From: Macrostomum hystrix
Taxonomy: Eukaryota > Animalia > Platyhelminthes
Direction of reading: 5' to 3'
Assembly (NCBI GenBank): GCA_950097015.1
Contig: CATNEN010000030.1
Location: 2,418,001-2,482,000, forward strand
Length of the DNA: 64,000 nt
The translations under genes were made by a program, and so were the position numbers. The notes under the pieces were generated by a model that was given only the letters and a program-made list of their open reading frames with translations, searched no databases and had not been told where the DNA came from. Positions 35,421 to 49,690 of this stretch are shown here, in pieces (the first letter of the stretch is position 1; every line of letters starts with the position of its first letter).

Positions 35421-36594
35421 ACTGAGACTACGAGGAGTACAATAATCCTCAAAAATGGAGGATTGAGAAAATCTTCCCCCGGAACTTTCTTTCCCAAAAA
35501 AATGATGAAGTCCTTCTGATCCCCAAATCCTTTGCTGAATGTCTTCTGTTGGACACGAGAGAAAAAGAAATTGAATCGGCAGTGTTAATCCCTGGCGAGT
35601 AGATCGCCACTGCAGCCTCTGCCCTTGCTGGTTCTCTCTTTCAAAAAGTGCGAATTATTTTTTTCTGCAGAAGAAATGACAGGGATTTACAAATCTGCAA
35701 CTAATTACTTGGGATCTGGAGGTGGGGGTTGGCAGTGTGGGTGACAGCTGTTTTAGGCTACTGCCCGGCAACAGAGAAGGCCGTCTGATAATATTGTGTG
35801 CTCACACTGCATTGTCTGTGCTCACACGAGACGAAAGCAATCGGTGCGCGCTGAATCGGAGAGACAGAAAGTCACAGATAGATAACGGAAGTGACAGAGA
35901 AGCAGTTCTGTGTAGATGCCATATCTGTATGCTGAGGTTCGTACTTGCATCATCTGGCTGTAAACTTCAAGGGCCCAATTGCAATCGCTTCGGGGTGAAG
36001 AGACAGTCAGCTCGAGTCGTTAAAGTAATTTTCGCTATTCGATTTGCAATGTATTAGAGTTGTTCTGTGCTCAAAGACTCAAACTCGAGCTAACCGTGAC
36101 GTCAAAGCACAATGAAATTGGCCAGAAAAAATGATTGCTAGTCTAGCCCGTTGGTTTTCTAAGAAATGAAATTTATTTTTAAAATTCTTTCTGACTGCTC
36201 AGTGACTAGAGTCTATGGGCTAGAATAGCAATCCATTACTGTAATACTCAGACATCATCACTATTTCTGATTAGAAAAATAGTGAAGCAAGGAAAAAAAG
36301 GAAGACAATTATAGAATTACTCAGAGGAAAGTGTTGCAGAAGCAAAACAATGAAGCACTGGCTAAGCTTATAAGCTAGACTATTGATAAAATATTGCATT
36401 GCACTTTGTTAACCTTGTTGTAAAGCTGAAATGGGTGATGCGAAAGTGTGCCAGAACACAACAATGAATATTCAGCAATGCATTACAATTAGCTACTGCT
36501 AAGTATATAGCTACTAATTTCATGCAGCTACGATTGAATAACAACGTTTATTGAGTCAGTCATTAGCTATTTGTATTAACAGCGGATGTTAAAT

Positions 36595-36985
36595 GGGATG
36601 GCGGAGATGGCGGGAATGGCGGGGGTGGCGGGGATGGCGGGGATGGCGGGGATGGCGGGGGTGGCGGGGATGGCGGGTATGGCGGGTATGGCGGGTATGG
36701 CGGGGATGGCGGAGATGGCGGGGATTGCGGGGACAGCGGGCATGGCGGGGATGGCGGAGATGGCAGGGACGGCGGGGACATCGGGCATGGCGGGGATGGC
36801 GGGGATGGCGGGGATGGCGGGGATGGCGGGGATGGCGGGGATGTCGGGGATGGCGGGGATGGCGGGGATGGCGGGGATGTCGGGGATGGCGGGGATGGCG
36901 GGGATGGTGGGGACAGCGGGCATGGCTGGGATGGCGGGGATGGCAGGGATGGCGGGGATGGCGGGGATGGCGGGGATGGCATGCA
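36595..36985. repeat. 9-bp minisatellite GGGATGGCG
   Basis: Visible; in an RGK intron. Confidence 0.95.
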
Positions 36986-37082
36986 AAGATTGCGAGGATG
37001 GCGTCAGCGCACAGGTTTGTGTTATTGTGGAATCCTTAGAGGTCATTGTTCCAAGTCTCATTCGATGTGTTCGACAACCAAC

Positions 37083-37189
37083 CTTGGGATCGTCGGCTCT
37101 CTCGGTGTCCAAGAAGGTCATGTGGTACTCCTCGCTGTCCAGCAGCACGGTCACGAATTTCTCCTGCGACTCGTCCAGCTGATCGTCTT
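37083..37189 (-). CDS. RGK: RGK GTPase exon with divergent G3
   Basis: Acceptor ccgcccag| (phase 1); KFVTVLLDSEEYHMTFLDTER; donor AAG|GTTGGT (phase 0). Confidence 0.85.
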
Positions 37190-37254
37190 CTGGGCGGTGA
37201 AGCGGGGGGATCAGGACTGACCGTTAGAGAGGAAACCATAGAGAGGACAGAGAA

Positions 37255-37315
37255 GAACAACCCAGTGAACAACCCAGTGAACAACCCAGTGAACAACCCA
37301 GTGAACAACCCAGTG
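37255..37315. repeat. 12-bp repeat GAACAACCCAGT x5
   Basis: Visible. Confidence 0.9.
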
Positions 37316-38409
37316 GCCATGGAGAAGTGTGCACTCCAGCTTTCGCTGCCCACTGATTATTTCACAGCCGCACGCGATGCGAGCTCTTTCTTCCTATCTC
37401 ACAGCAGAGCGCAGTTCAGTTTGATTTCCCAAATTAAAGTCGTTTGACGGGAAGGCAGTAAAATGAAAGCTTCTTCCTATTGAGCTGTACTTGGCCACCG
37501 TGACATCCATCAATTAATTACGTCTGACAGGGCTCCCGAGTGCTGGCCCATGTCTCGTGCTCAAAGTCTAACCGAATTTCGAGTCCGTTGGGTGCAACAG
37601 CCGTCAAAGAGACCTTCTGACTGCTGAGTCAGGCCAGCAAGGCGATGAGAAAATGCTCTGGGAACTTACAGAATGCAACCGGTTTGGGAGCTGTACCGAT
37701 CAGGGAAGTCCAATTAGTTTTCTAAATTTGGCCCCAGACGTTTGGCCACAGCGGATTGTGTGGGGCGGCTGCGGATCCCTGATAAGAACTGCTAGCCACC
37801 GGCCGGCATTATAACTAACACCTGCGACACTCCAGCTATTCTCCCCTCCTAGGCCGTTGACCGGGGAAGCTGTGGGAAATATCCCAGTCGGGGGATATTT
37901 GCTAAATAATTAACTCTGCGGGTGGGGAGGCGGGTAGCCCATCAACTTGGTCCAGAAAACAGCGCCAAGTTGCTGCAGTGGCTGGCGGACTTACTGGGGG
38001 GGATTTATTCCCCGCCACTCCATTCAGAATTCAGAGCATCTCTTGCCAGTGTTATCCCCTCGGAGCACTGGGGTTGCCTAGACTCCATGCACTGGCCAGT
38101 GTCAGGATGAGGAAAGAATTTTCTGTTCTCAGAAACAAACCCGAGGACCTCAATCAAAGAACTCGGCGCGCTACCCTTCGAGTCGATTATTCTCTTCCAC
38201 TTCGCTTCAACTGTGTGTGTGCGTTCGTGCGTGTGTGTGTGCCAGCCATTTGTTTCTGCCGCAAATCAGTCCGCGCACCAGCTGCTGCAGCGATCCACTG
38301 AATCTGATACGCCGGATTAGCAAAGGATTGAAATTCTCGAGGTTTTTGCAGTTTCCAGCTTTTGGGGGTTATTAAATCTTTCAAAAATTCGTCTCACATG
38401 ACAGCTCTG

Positions 38410-38990
38410 CTCGACCTTTGACCAAGAGTTTGACTTTAACCTATAGTTCGACCTTGACCTAGAGTTCGACCTTGACCTAGAGTTCGACCTTGACCTAGAG
38501 TTCGACCTTGACCTAGAGTTCGACCTTGACCTATAGTTCGACCTTGACCTAGAGTTCGACCTTGACCTAGAGTTCGACCTTGACCTAGAGTTCGACCTTG
38601 ACCTAGAGTTCGACCTTGACCTAGAGTTCGACCTTGACCTAGAGTTCGACCTTGACCTAGAGTTCGACCTTGAACTTCAATAGTTCGACCTTGACCTAGA
38701 GTTTGATCTTGACCTAGAGTTCGAACTTGAACTTCAATTGTTCGACCTTGACCTAGAGTTCGACTTTGACCTAGAGTTCGACCTTGACCTAGAGTTCGAC
38801 TTTGACCTAGAGTTCGACCTTGACCTAGAGTTCGACCTTGACCTAGAGTTTGACCTTGACCTAGAGTTCGACTTTGACCTAGAGTTCGACCTTGACCTAG
38901 AGTTCGACCTTGACCTAGAGTTCGACTTTGACCTAGAGTTCGACTTTGACCTAGAGTTCGACCTTGACCTAGAGTTTGAGCTTGTGCCTA
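38410..38990. repeat. 18-bp minisatellite GACCTTGACCTAGAGTTC
   Basis: Visible; in an RGK intron. Confidence 0.95.
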
Positions 38991-39043
38991 GACATCCTAA
39001 ATCCTGGAAAGATAGTAAACTACAGACAAATGCGCGATCTCAC

Positions 39044-39795
39044 CCGTGGAATCCAACACCTTGTTCTCGGAGGACATAAACTGTTCGCACATGGTGGTCT
39101 TGCCCACCCTGGGTGCGCCCATCACCTGCACCCTGTACGACTGGCACGGGCTGCAGGAGGGCAGTGTGTACAGGATGGGGACCGCGCACACTGACGGCGC
39201 TGCTGCCGCCGCTGCCGCGCAGCCGCCGCAGTCGGCAATACCGCCCGAAGCTGCTGAACTGCTGCGACGCCTCTCCAGCTGCTGCTGCTGATGCAGGCGA
39301 GAATCCGAGCCGGCAGATCCGATGGCCACTGGTGGCACCTCCATGAAGGCTGGCGTCATAGAAGGCTGCGGCTGCTGAGGCGGCTGCGGCTGTCTCAGCT
39401 CCAGCTCACTGTTTGTAGCCGAGCTGTTGTTGAGGCTGCAGTTGCTGCGCGCCTTCCTCACCTCGTCGCCCTGATTGACGAGGCCGTGCTTAGTCCGCTT
39501 GAAGCTGCGCACCCGCACCAGCTGCTCTCGCGGCTCCGGCAGTTCGAGAGTTTCGCCCTCGCGCCGGCTGCCTGGCCGCTCCTTGACGCTGCCGTGCAGT
39601 CGCCGGCCGGACATGCTGCTCGAGCGAGGCCTGCTGGATCCGGATGCTTCGCCCGCCTCTGATGCGCCCGCCGCCGCTGCCGCCGGTTGTGGAGCTAGAG
39701 CCGCTGCCGCTGCTGCTGTTGACTCCGGCAGAGCTGAACAACGTCGCCTGCTGTGCTTGCAGGAAGCAGACCGGCTGTGCCTGCAGACCTGCTGA

Positions 39796-39845
<50 letters not shown>
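39044..39845 (-). CDS. RGK: RGK GTPase exon: polyQ, N-terminal extension, G1 P-loop
   Basis: Acceptor tttgcttttag|, 16 CAG, RPRSSSM, YRVQVMGAPRVGKTTMCEQF; donor G|GTGAGA (phase 1). Confidence 0.85.
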
Positions 39846-39847
<2 letters not shown>

Positions 39848-40029
39848 AAAAGCAAATTATTGAGAGAAACGGTTGTTCCGAACTCTTATATGTCGGCGAT
39901 TTTTTAAGGCGATCAATAGGTGCTCATTTTGAAGTAAATTGACTGTACCGCCGCTAATGCGAAAAAAATCACTCAATCGACTGGAGTAAGTGCCTTCAGA
40001 GGCGAGACTCGGAGCCTGTGACTGTGGAA

Positions 40030-40990
40030 GAGGAGAGCCCTCTAGATACGTGCTAGAAGAGAGCCCTCTTTATACTGCGCTAGAAGAGAGCCCTCTAGAT
40101 ACTGTGCTAGAAGAAAAGATCTCTAGATACTGTGCTAGAAGAGAGCCCTCTTTATACTGCGCTAGAAGAGAGCCCTCTAGATACTGTGCTAGAAGAAAAG
40201 ATCTCTAGATACTGTGCTAGAAGAAAGCCCTCTAGATACTGTGCTAGAAGAGAGCCCTCTAGATACTGTGCTAGAAGAAAGCCCTCTTGATACTGTGCTA
40301 GAAGAAAGCCCTCTAGATACTGTGCTAGAAGAGAGCCCTCTAGATACTGTGCTAGAAGAAGCCCTCTAGATACTGTGCTAGAAGAAAAGATCTCTAGATA
40401 CTGTGCTAGAAGAAAAGATCTCTAGATACTGTGCTAGAAGAAAGCCCTCTAGATACTGTGCTAGAAGAGAGCCCTCTAGATACTGTGCTAGAAGAAAGCC
40501 CTCTAGATACTGTGCTAGAAGAAAAGATCTCTAGATACTGTGCTAGAAGAAAGCCCTCTAGATACTGTGCTAGAAGAGAGCCCTCTAGATACTGTGCTAG
40601 AAGAAAGCCCTCTTGATACTGTGCTAGAAGAGAGCCCTCTAGATACTGTGCTAGAAGAGAGCCATCTAGATACTGTGCTAGAAGAAGCCCTCTAGATACT
40701 GTGCTAGAAGAGAGCCCTCTAGATACTGTGCTAGAAGAAAATATCTCTAGATACTGTGCTAGAAGAGAGCCCTCTAGATACTGCGCTAGAAGAGAGCCCT
40801 CTAGATACTGTGCTAGAAGAAAAGATCTCTAGATACTGTGCTAGAAGAGAGCCCTCTAGATACTGTGCTAGAAGAAAAGATCTCTAGATACTGTGCTAGA
40901 AGAAAGCCCTCTAGATACTGTGCTAGAAGAGAGCCCTCTAGATACTGTGCTAGAAGAGAGCCCTCTAGATACTGTGCTAGAAGAAAGCCT
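40030..40990. repeat. 27-bp minisatellite CTCTAGATACTGTGCTAGAAGAGAGCC
   Basis: Visible; in RGK intron 1. Confidence 0.95.
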
Positions 40991-41044
40991 AATAGATTTT
41001 CAAATAAGGCCCTCTAGAATCATGACTCTGGCTACAGCACTTAC

Positions 41045-41329
41045 TCTCGCAATAGCCTGCTGATTGAACTGCTGGGCGTCCTCAGCTTCACCAGCCGTTA
41101 GTCCTGACTGCTGCAAGCTGCGAATCCAGTTGTCAACCCTTTCATCTGCCGCCGCTGCAGCGGGTGCCGGCCTAAATGCGGCAGCAGCTGCCGGCCTATT
41201 GGCCAGGCGCCAGTACAAATCAAATTCGTCGGCGGTCTCGCCGTCTCCCCCGCCGGCTGACAACAGCTGGCCCCGACTCTCTGCGTGTACGGTGGCGCGC
41301 CTGGCTCCCCTGCGCCTGGGCGAGGCCAT
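41045..41329 (-). CDS. RGK: RGK GTPase putative first coding exon
   Basis: ATG 41329, donor AGA|GTAAGT (phase 0) matching the acceptor at 39845. The frame is open back to an acceptor at 41404, so the true start may be upstream. Confidence 0.6.
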
Positions 41330-42004
41330 TGCTGGGGAGTTGATGGGGTTGCTGGTCTGGGTTGGGACTGGGGGAGAACACGGGGCCGCACGTGGGACTG
41401 AAGGCTAGGAATTTTGCAGTCGGAGTTTCAGTGGAGGAACAGGGTCAGATCGTTTCAGCAAAGACTTTGGTGTGCGCGTTTCTGCCGCTGTCTGCAATGA
41501 ATGAAAAAAAAGAAAAAGAGAAATGTGTAGGAGGAGTATCCTGACTCCTGGTAGATTGTGTGGGGGTGGGCGCTCTAGATTTTGGGAGCTTCAACTGGAA
41601 GCAACAACCAATTCTTTCCCATTCTTTGCCCCTGTGCATATGAGGTGGGGAGTTGCCGCTGTTGCTGTCGCTGCTGTTTTGGGTTTTTCTTTTTGTGCCT
41701 GCGCAGACCTTCTATCCGTGTCTCCAACACTGTCCTCCCAGCTCTTCTGCAACTGGGTGAGAAGTTGGCACCCCTTAGCACTGACTGCAATAACTTGTCT
41801 GTCATTCAAGGCGGCCCGTCTCGCATTGTTTCTCTGCTTAAACATTCATTTCTCATGCACTTCAGGCAGGTTGAAGTGAAGCACTATTATCTCACGTGCT
41901 TAGTTTTGTTTTCCTCCGGGACATAGGTGTTTTGAGTGTATGCACTGCGAATTGACAAGTTACTCATGCAGTAAATACCTGTTCTTTTGCATTTCCTACA
42001 CTTA

Positions 42005-43800
42005 CCAACAGCTCCCTGCATTTCCAAACCTACATTCACCATCAGCTCCCTGCATTTCCAAACCTACATTCACCATCAGCTCCCTGCATTTCCAAACCTA
42101 CATTCACCATCAGATCCCTGCATTTCCAAACCTACATTCACCATCAGCTCCCTGCATTTCCAAACCTACATTCACCATCAGCTCCCTGCATTTCCAAACC
42201 TACATTCACTATCCTCTCCCTGCATTTTCAAACCTACATTCACCATCAGATCCCTGCATTTCCAAACCTACATTCACCATCCTCCCCTGCATTTCCGAAC
42301 CTACATTCACCATCAGCTCCCTGCATTTCCAAACCTACATTCACTATCCTCCCCTGCATTTCCAAACCTACATTCACCATCAGCTCCCTGCATTTCCAAA
42401 CCTACATTCACTATCCTCTCCCTGCATTTCCAAACCTACATTCACCATCAGATCCCTGCATTTCCAAACCTACATTCACCATCAGCTCCCTGCATTTCCA
42501 AACCTACATTCACCATCAGCTCCCTGCATTTCCAAACCTACATTCACCATCAGATCCCTGCATTTCCAAACCTACATTCACTATCCTCTCCCTGCATTTC
42601 CAAACCTACATTCGCCATCAGATCCCTGCATTTCCAAACCTACATTCACCATCAGCTCCCTGCATTTCCAAACCTACATTCACCATCAGCTCCCTGCATT
42701 TCCAAACCTACATTCACCATCAGCTCCCTGCATTTCCAAACCTACATTCGCTATCAGATCCCTGCATTTCGAAACCTACATTCACCATCAGCTCCCTGCA
42801 TTTCCAAACCTTCATTCACCATCAGCTCCCTGCATTTCCAAACCTACATTCACCATCAGCTCCCTGCATTTCCAAACCTACATTCACCATCAGCTCCCTG
42901 CATTTCCAAACCTACATTCGCCATCAGATCCCTGCATTTCCAAACCTACATTCACCATCAGCTCCCTGCATTTCCAAACCTTCATTCACCATCAGCTCCC
43001 TGCATTTCCAAACCTTCATTCACCATCAGCTCCCTGCATTTCCAAACCTACATTCACTATCCTCCCCTGCATTTCCAAACTACATTCACCATCAGCTACC
43101 TGCATTTCCAAACCTACATTCACTATCCTCCCCTGCATTTCCAAACCTACATTCACCATCAGCTCCCTGCATTTCGAAACCTACATTCACTATCCTCCCC
43201 TGCATTTCCAAACTACATTCACCATCAGCTACCTGCATTTCCAAACCTACATTCACTATCCTCTCCCTGCATTTCCAAACTACATTCACCATCAGCTACC
43301 TGCATTTCCAAACCTACATTCACTATCCTCCCCTGCATTTCCAAACCTACATTCACCATCAGCTCCCTGCATTTCCAAACCTACATTCGCCATCAGATCC
43401 CTGCATTTCCAAACCTACATTCACCATCAGCTCCCTGCATTTCCAAACCTTCATTCACCATCAGCTCCCTGCATTTCCAAACCTTCATTCACCATCAGCT
43501 CCCTGCATTTCCAAACCTACATTCACTATCCTCCCCTGCATTTCCAAACCTACATTCACCATCAGCTCCCTGCATTTCCAAACCTACATTCACTATCCTC
43601 CCCTGCATTTCCAAACTACATTCACCATCAGCTACCTGCATTTCCAAACCTACATTCACTATCCTCTCCCTGCATTTCCAAACTACATTCACCATCAGCT
43701 ACCTGCATTTCCAAACCTACATCTCCCTACAATTCTTCAGCTCCCTACAATTCTAAACCTACATTCAACATCAGCTCCCTGCATTTCTAAGCCTACATTC
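42005..43800. repeat. 34-bp minisatellite CAGCTCCCTGCATTTCCAAACCTACATTCACCAT
   Basis: Visible; source of the spurious 589/616 aa ORFs. Confidence 0.97.
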
Positions 43801-44216
43801 CCTATCATGTCCTGCAATTGTAAACCTACATTTTTGCAATTCTGTAAGATCTGTCTGGATCTCGTGTAAAATCTTATATTTTTGCATCATCGAATTTCAA
43901 CTACGCTCTTACAAAATCCTAGTTTAAGAAAGTCTTAGAGACATCCGTAAAAGACCTGAAAAATCCCGTCATTAAATTGCTCCAAAAATTTTGCCCCAGT
44001 GATTACTCAGGCGTGATCCCTTTTTTAGCTGATCACCAGCTGATTCTCAGCGCATCGATCTCTAGTAAGGGAAGTGTCTGCTCATCTGCTTGCTTTTAGC
44101 GAAGCCCTCTAATTAGTGCAGACTTTTTTTGCCGTCTCGGCTCTCAAGCAGCTGATTCAGCTATCAGGGCTCGGTGCGACAGATGGGATTGAAATCCGAC
44201 TCAGCGAACTGGATCT

Positions 44217-44722
<506 letters not shown>

Positions 44723-45407
44723 CTCTTCTAAGTCTTCACTTCTTATAGTATTCTTATATTTATTATTTTCGCCTATTGACTTTCAATCACTATGAGATGA
44801 TCTGGTTTACGCTTATTAATTAATATCTTTTAATTATAACAAAATGAGTTCAACTGAGCCTAGAAATTGATAGTGAGAACTGAAATTCGCAGGAGAAAAA
44901 ACTAATTAAAACATAGATTTCCTGCATTGTTGATTGACTTGCAGACTTGCACAAGATAAACTGACGATCAAATAGGAGTCTTGGAAAAAGCGAATTCTAA
45001 AATTTAAAGCTTTCATCTTCTTCGGCGCATCAGTCGCTTCAATTTGATGTCTCTTGCTGCTTCTAGAAGGTTCCATTTTGTAGCTGATTTGCATTCCAGA
45101 ATGCATGCAGCTGTCTACCTCTAAGGGTGTCAGATTGGCATCTCAAATTGAGCATAGCTGATGGTTTGAGTGTGACGATCTCGCTTAGACAAATGATCTT
45201 GATAAGCAAGGCTAGCGTTTTTTGTACTTTAATCCTGGGCAAAACCGATCTGGGCAAATAGAACTGTGACAATTGACCGATGCCATCGCCAGCCTTCTCA
45301 GAGAATGCGGCTTATTTGATGCTATTCAGAGTTCGTTCAGATTAGGATTTTGTGAGAAGTTCGATTCTTTCATGACTCGCTTCACGCAAATATGCTATTT
45401 TTACATT

Positions 45408-47408
45408 CTGTGAATATAAGGAGTTCGTGAATATTAGGAGTTCGTGAATATTAGGAGTTCGTGAATATTAGGAGTTCGTGAATATTAGGATTTCGGGAAT
45501 ATTAGGATTTCGCGAATATTAGGATTTTGTGAATATTAGGATTTTGTGAATATTAGGATTTTGTGAATATTATGATTTTGTAAATATTAGGATTTCATGA
45601 ATATTAGGATTTCGTGAATATTAGGATTTCGTGAATATTAGGATTTTGTGAATATTAGGATTTTGTGAATATTATGATTTTGTAAATATTAGGATTTCGT
45701 GAATATAATGATTTTGTAAATATTAGTATTTCGTGAATATAATGATTTCGTAAATATTAGGATTTCGTGAATATAATGATTTTGTAAATATTAGGATTTC
45801 GTGAATATTAGGATTTCGTAAATATTAGGATTTCGTGAATATTAGGATTTCGGGAATATTAGGATTTCGTGAATATTATGATTTTGTGAATATTAGGATT
45901 TCGTGAATATAAGGATTTCGTAAATATTAGGATTTTCATGAATATTAGGATTTTGTGAATATTTGGATTTCGTAAATATTTGGATTTCGTGAATATTATG
46001 ATTTTGTGAATATTAGGATTTCGTAAATATTAGGATTTCGTAAATATTTGGATTTCGTGAATATTAGGATTTCGTGAATATTAGGATTTCGTGAATATTA
46101 GGATTTCGTGAATATTAGGATTTTGTGAATATTATGATTTTGTAAATATTAGGATTTCGTGAATATAATGATTTTGTAAATATTAGTATTTCGTGAATAT
46201 AATGATTTTGTAAATATTAGGATTTCGTGAATATAATGATTTTGTAAATATTAGGATTTCGTGAATATTAGGATTTCGTAAATATTAGGATTTCGTGAAT
46301 ATTAGGATTTCGGGAATATTAGGATTTCGTGAATATTATGATTTTGTGAATATTAGGATTTCGTGAATATTAGGATTTCGTAAATATTAGGATTTTCATG
46401 AATATTAGGATTTTGTGAATATTTGGATTTCGTAAATATTTGGATTTCGTGAATATTATGATTTTGTGAATATTAGGATTTCGTAAATATTAGGATTTCG
46501 TGAATATTAGGATTTCGTAAATATTAGGATTTCATGAATATTAGGATTTTGTGAATATTAGGATTTCGTAAATATTAGGATTTCGTGAATATTAGGATTT
46601 CGTAAATATTAGGATTTCGGGAATATTAGGATTTCGTGAATATTAGGATTTCGTAAATATTAGGATTTCATGAATATTAGGATTTCGTGAATATTAGGAT
46701 TTCGTGAATATTAGGATTTCGTAAATATTAGGATTTCATGAATATTAGGATTTCGTGAATATTAGGATTTCGTGAATATTAGGATTTCGTGAATATTAGG
46801 ATTTCGTGAATATTAGGATTTCGTGAATATTAGGATTTCGGGAATATTAGGATTTCGTGAATATTAGGATTTCGTGAATATTAGGATTTCGTGAATATTA
46901 GGATTTCGTGAATATTAGGATTTCGTGAATATTAGGATTTCGTAAATATTAGGATTTCGGGAATATTAGGATTTCGTGAATATTAGGATTTCGTAAATAT
47001 TAGGATTTCATGAATATTAGGATTTTGTGAATATTAGGATTTCGTAAATATTAGGATTTCGTGAATATTAGGATTTCGTAAATATTAGGATTTCGTGAAT
47101 ATTAGGATTTCGTAAATATTAGGATTTCGTGAATATTAGGATTTCGTAAATATTAGGATTTCGTGAATATTAGGATTTCGTAAATATTAGGATTTCGTGA
47201 ATATTAGGATTTCGTAAATATTAGGATTTCGTGAATATTAGGATTTCGTAAATATTAGGATTTCGTGAATATTAGGATTTCGTAAATATTAGGATTTCGT
47301 GAATATTAGGATTTCGTAAATATTAGGATTTCGTGAATATTAGGATTTCGTAAATATTAGGATTTTCATGAATATTAGGATTTTGTGAATATTAGGATTT
47401 CGTGAATA
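45408..47408. repeat. 17-bp AT-rich satellite GTGAATATTAGGATTTC
   Basis: Visible tandem units. Confidence 0.97.
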
Positions 47409-48184
47409 ATCATATTTGGGACTCAGATTTCAGTTGCTGAGCAGACGAACTGTTAGTAGCGTGTTCTTTCAAAAAGGACTTTCAGTTTACTTATCATTCG
47501 ACTCTAGTCGTTGATTCCCATCTGCTATAGCTAGGTGATATCGGATTTCCGTATTGTACAATGCACTACAACCCTGGCATAGCTGCTTCTCCAAGTGCTG
47601 TAGGACCAGCGAGCGGGCGAAAGATGGATTGGGGTGAAGCGAAATGGTTGCGCATTCGGCAACTGGCCTTAGGACAGCGATGCGAAGCTGTGGAAACGAT
47701 CGAATGCCGCTCGCATAGTTCTGAAGGGCAGGAACACACGGACATTACTAGCCCTAGAAGAATCAGCAGAGCCATGGGGGTGAGTGCCGGCTGCGGCTGC
47801 CTACTGAAAGCTGCACTCGCGCTGCCATTTCTTATTTTAAAACAAAAACGGATTGGACAGTATTGTACTGTAGTCTGCTTACGAAAACTATACACTTTTG
47901 TATCACTTGCTCCGAATGTTTTTAGATGTAAGTCATAAATAAAGAAAGCTTTGATGAAAACAGCCGTACCTTCTCTTTTTTAATGATTGATAGCTCCTTT
48001 TATCGTTTGCTTAAATCATAATTTATAAATCCGTAGGGACCTACTGCGAGTAGTGCCGAATGAAATCTTAGTAGTTAAACTATAAAAAAACATTGATTTT
48101 ATCACAAAAAGGTAATGCAGAAGCCATGGGTCTTACTCTAGAGCTTTCTCAGCTCCGACCTCCTTGGCCCTCCTCAATGCAAAT

Positions 48185-48265
48185 TGCATGACAAGCCCCC
48201 AAGCCTCCAAAATCATCATTGAACATGGCCTCGACGCGGATTCGAACTCAGGGAGCTTGACCCTC
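48185..48265 (-). mobile_element. SINE family 2 fragment
   Basis: gacaagcccccaagcc...tggcctcgacgcggattcgaactcaggga. Confidence 0.6.
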
Positions 48266-48589
48266 CATTGCGGCGCCACTCTATGGATTTGTAAATTCAC
48301 ACTTTTACGTGTGTGCCGCTTATAATAAGAAAAATACAGGACAAAGCACACCCACTTAATTCTGTACACATTTGTACTTTGAAATTAAAAGTACGAATCT
48401 AGCAATACTGCGTTGGTTCCTCGATGAGTAACTTAATTAGGCCAATAAATCATGACGATGTGGCCCCGCGAATATACAATGACTTCAGAAGTTTTCAATC
48501 CAATCTAATTAATGAAGTTTAGAATTTTAATTAACGAACTGCCTCTCTGTCGAAGCCCTTTTTATTATCCAATGTGATTTAATACAAAG

Positions 48590-49690
48590 ATTCTAGCTGC
48601 AGATCCTGCTGCGATTCTAGCTACAGATCCTGCAGCGATTCTAGCTGCAATTCTAGCTACAGCTCCTGCTGCGATTCTAGCTGCAGATCCTGCTGCGATT
48701 CTAGCTGCAGATCCTGCTGCGATTCTAGCTGCAGATCCTGCTGCGATTCTAGCTGCAGATCCTGCAGCGATTCTAGCTGCAGATCCTGCTGCGATTCTAG
48801 CTGCGATTCTAGCTACAGCTCCTGCTGCGATTCTAGCTACAGCTCCTGCTGCGATTCTAGCTGCAGATCCTGCTGCGATTCTAGCTGCAGATCCTGCTGC
48901 GATTCTAGCTGCAGATCCTGCTGCGATTCTAGCTGCAGATCCTGCTGTGATTCTAGCTGCAGCACCTGCTGCAATTCTAGCTGCAGATCCTGCAGCGATT
49001 CTAGCTACGGATCCTGGTATGATTCTAGCTACAGATCCTGGTACGATTCTAGCTACGGATCCTGGTATGATTCTAGCTACAGATCCTGGTACGATTCTAG
49101 CTACGGATCCTGGTATGATTCTAGCTACAGATCCTGGTACGATTCTAGTTACAGATCCTGGTACGATTCTAGCTACAGATCCTGCTGCGATTCTAGCTGC
49201 AGATCCTGCTGCGATTCTAGCTGCAGATCCTGCTGCGATTCTAGCTGCAGATCCTGGTGCGATTCTAGCTGCAGATCCTGCTGCGATTCTAGCTACAGAT
49301 CCTGGTGCGATTCTAGCTGCAGATCCTGCTGCGATTCTAGCTGCAGATCCTGCTGTGATTCTAGCTGCAGATCCTGCTGCGATTCTAGCTGCAGCACCTG
49401 GTACGATTCTAGCTACCGATCCTGGTACGATTCTAGCTACAGATCCTGGTACGATTCTAGCTACAGATCCTGGTACGATTCTAGCTACCGATCCTGGTAC
49501 GATTCTAGCTACGGATCCTGGTACGATTCTAGCTATAGATCCTGGTACGATTCTAGCTACAGATCCTGGTACGATTCTAGCTACAGATCCTGGTACGATT
49601 CTAGCTACAGATCCTGCTGCGATTCTAACTACAGCTCCTGGTACGATTCTAGCTACAGATCCTGGTACGATTCTAGCTATAGATGCTGCT
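48590..49690. repeat. 24-bp minisatellite GCGATTCTAGCTGCAGATCCTGCT
   Basis: Visible; variant gradient from GCTGCG to GGTACG units. Confidence 0.95.

Noticed and set aside
36097-36104. Perfect CRE TGACGTCA in an RGK intron
   Set aside because: One 8-mer in 64 kb is about the chance expectation.
41940-43790. ORFs of 616 and 589 aa
   Set aside because: 34-bp tandem repeat that lacks stops by composition; no splice signals or domain.
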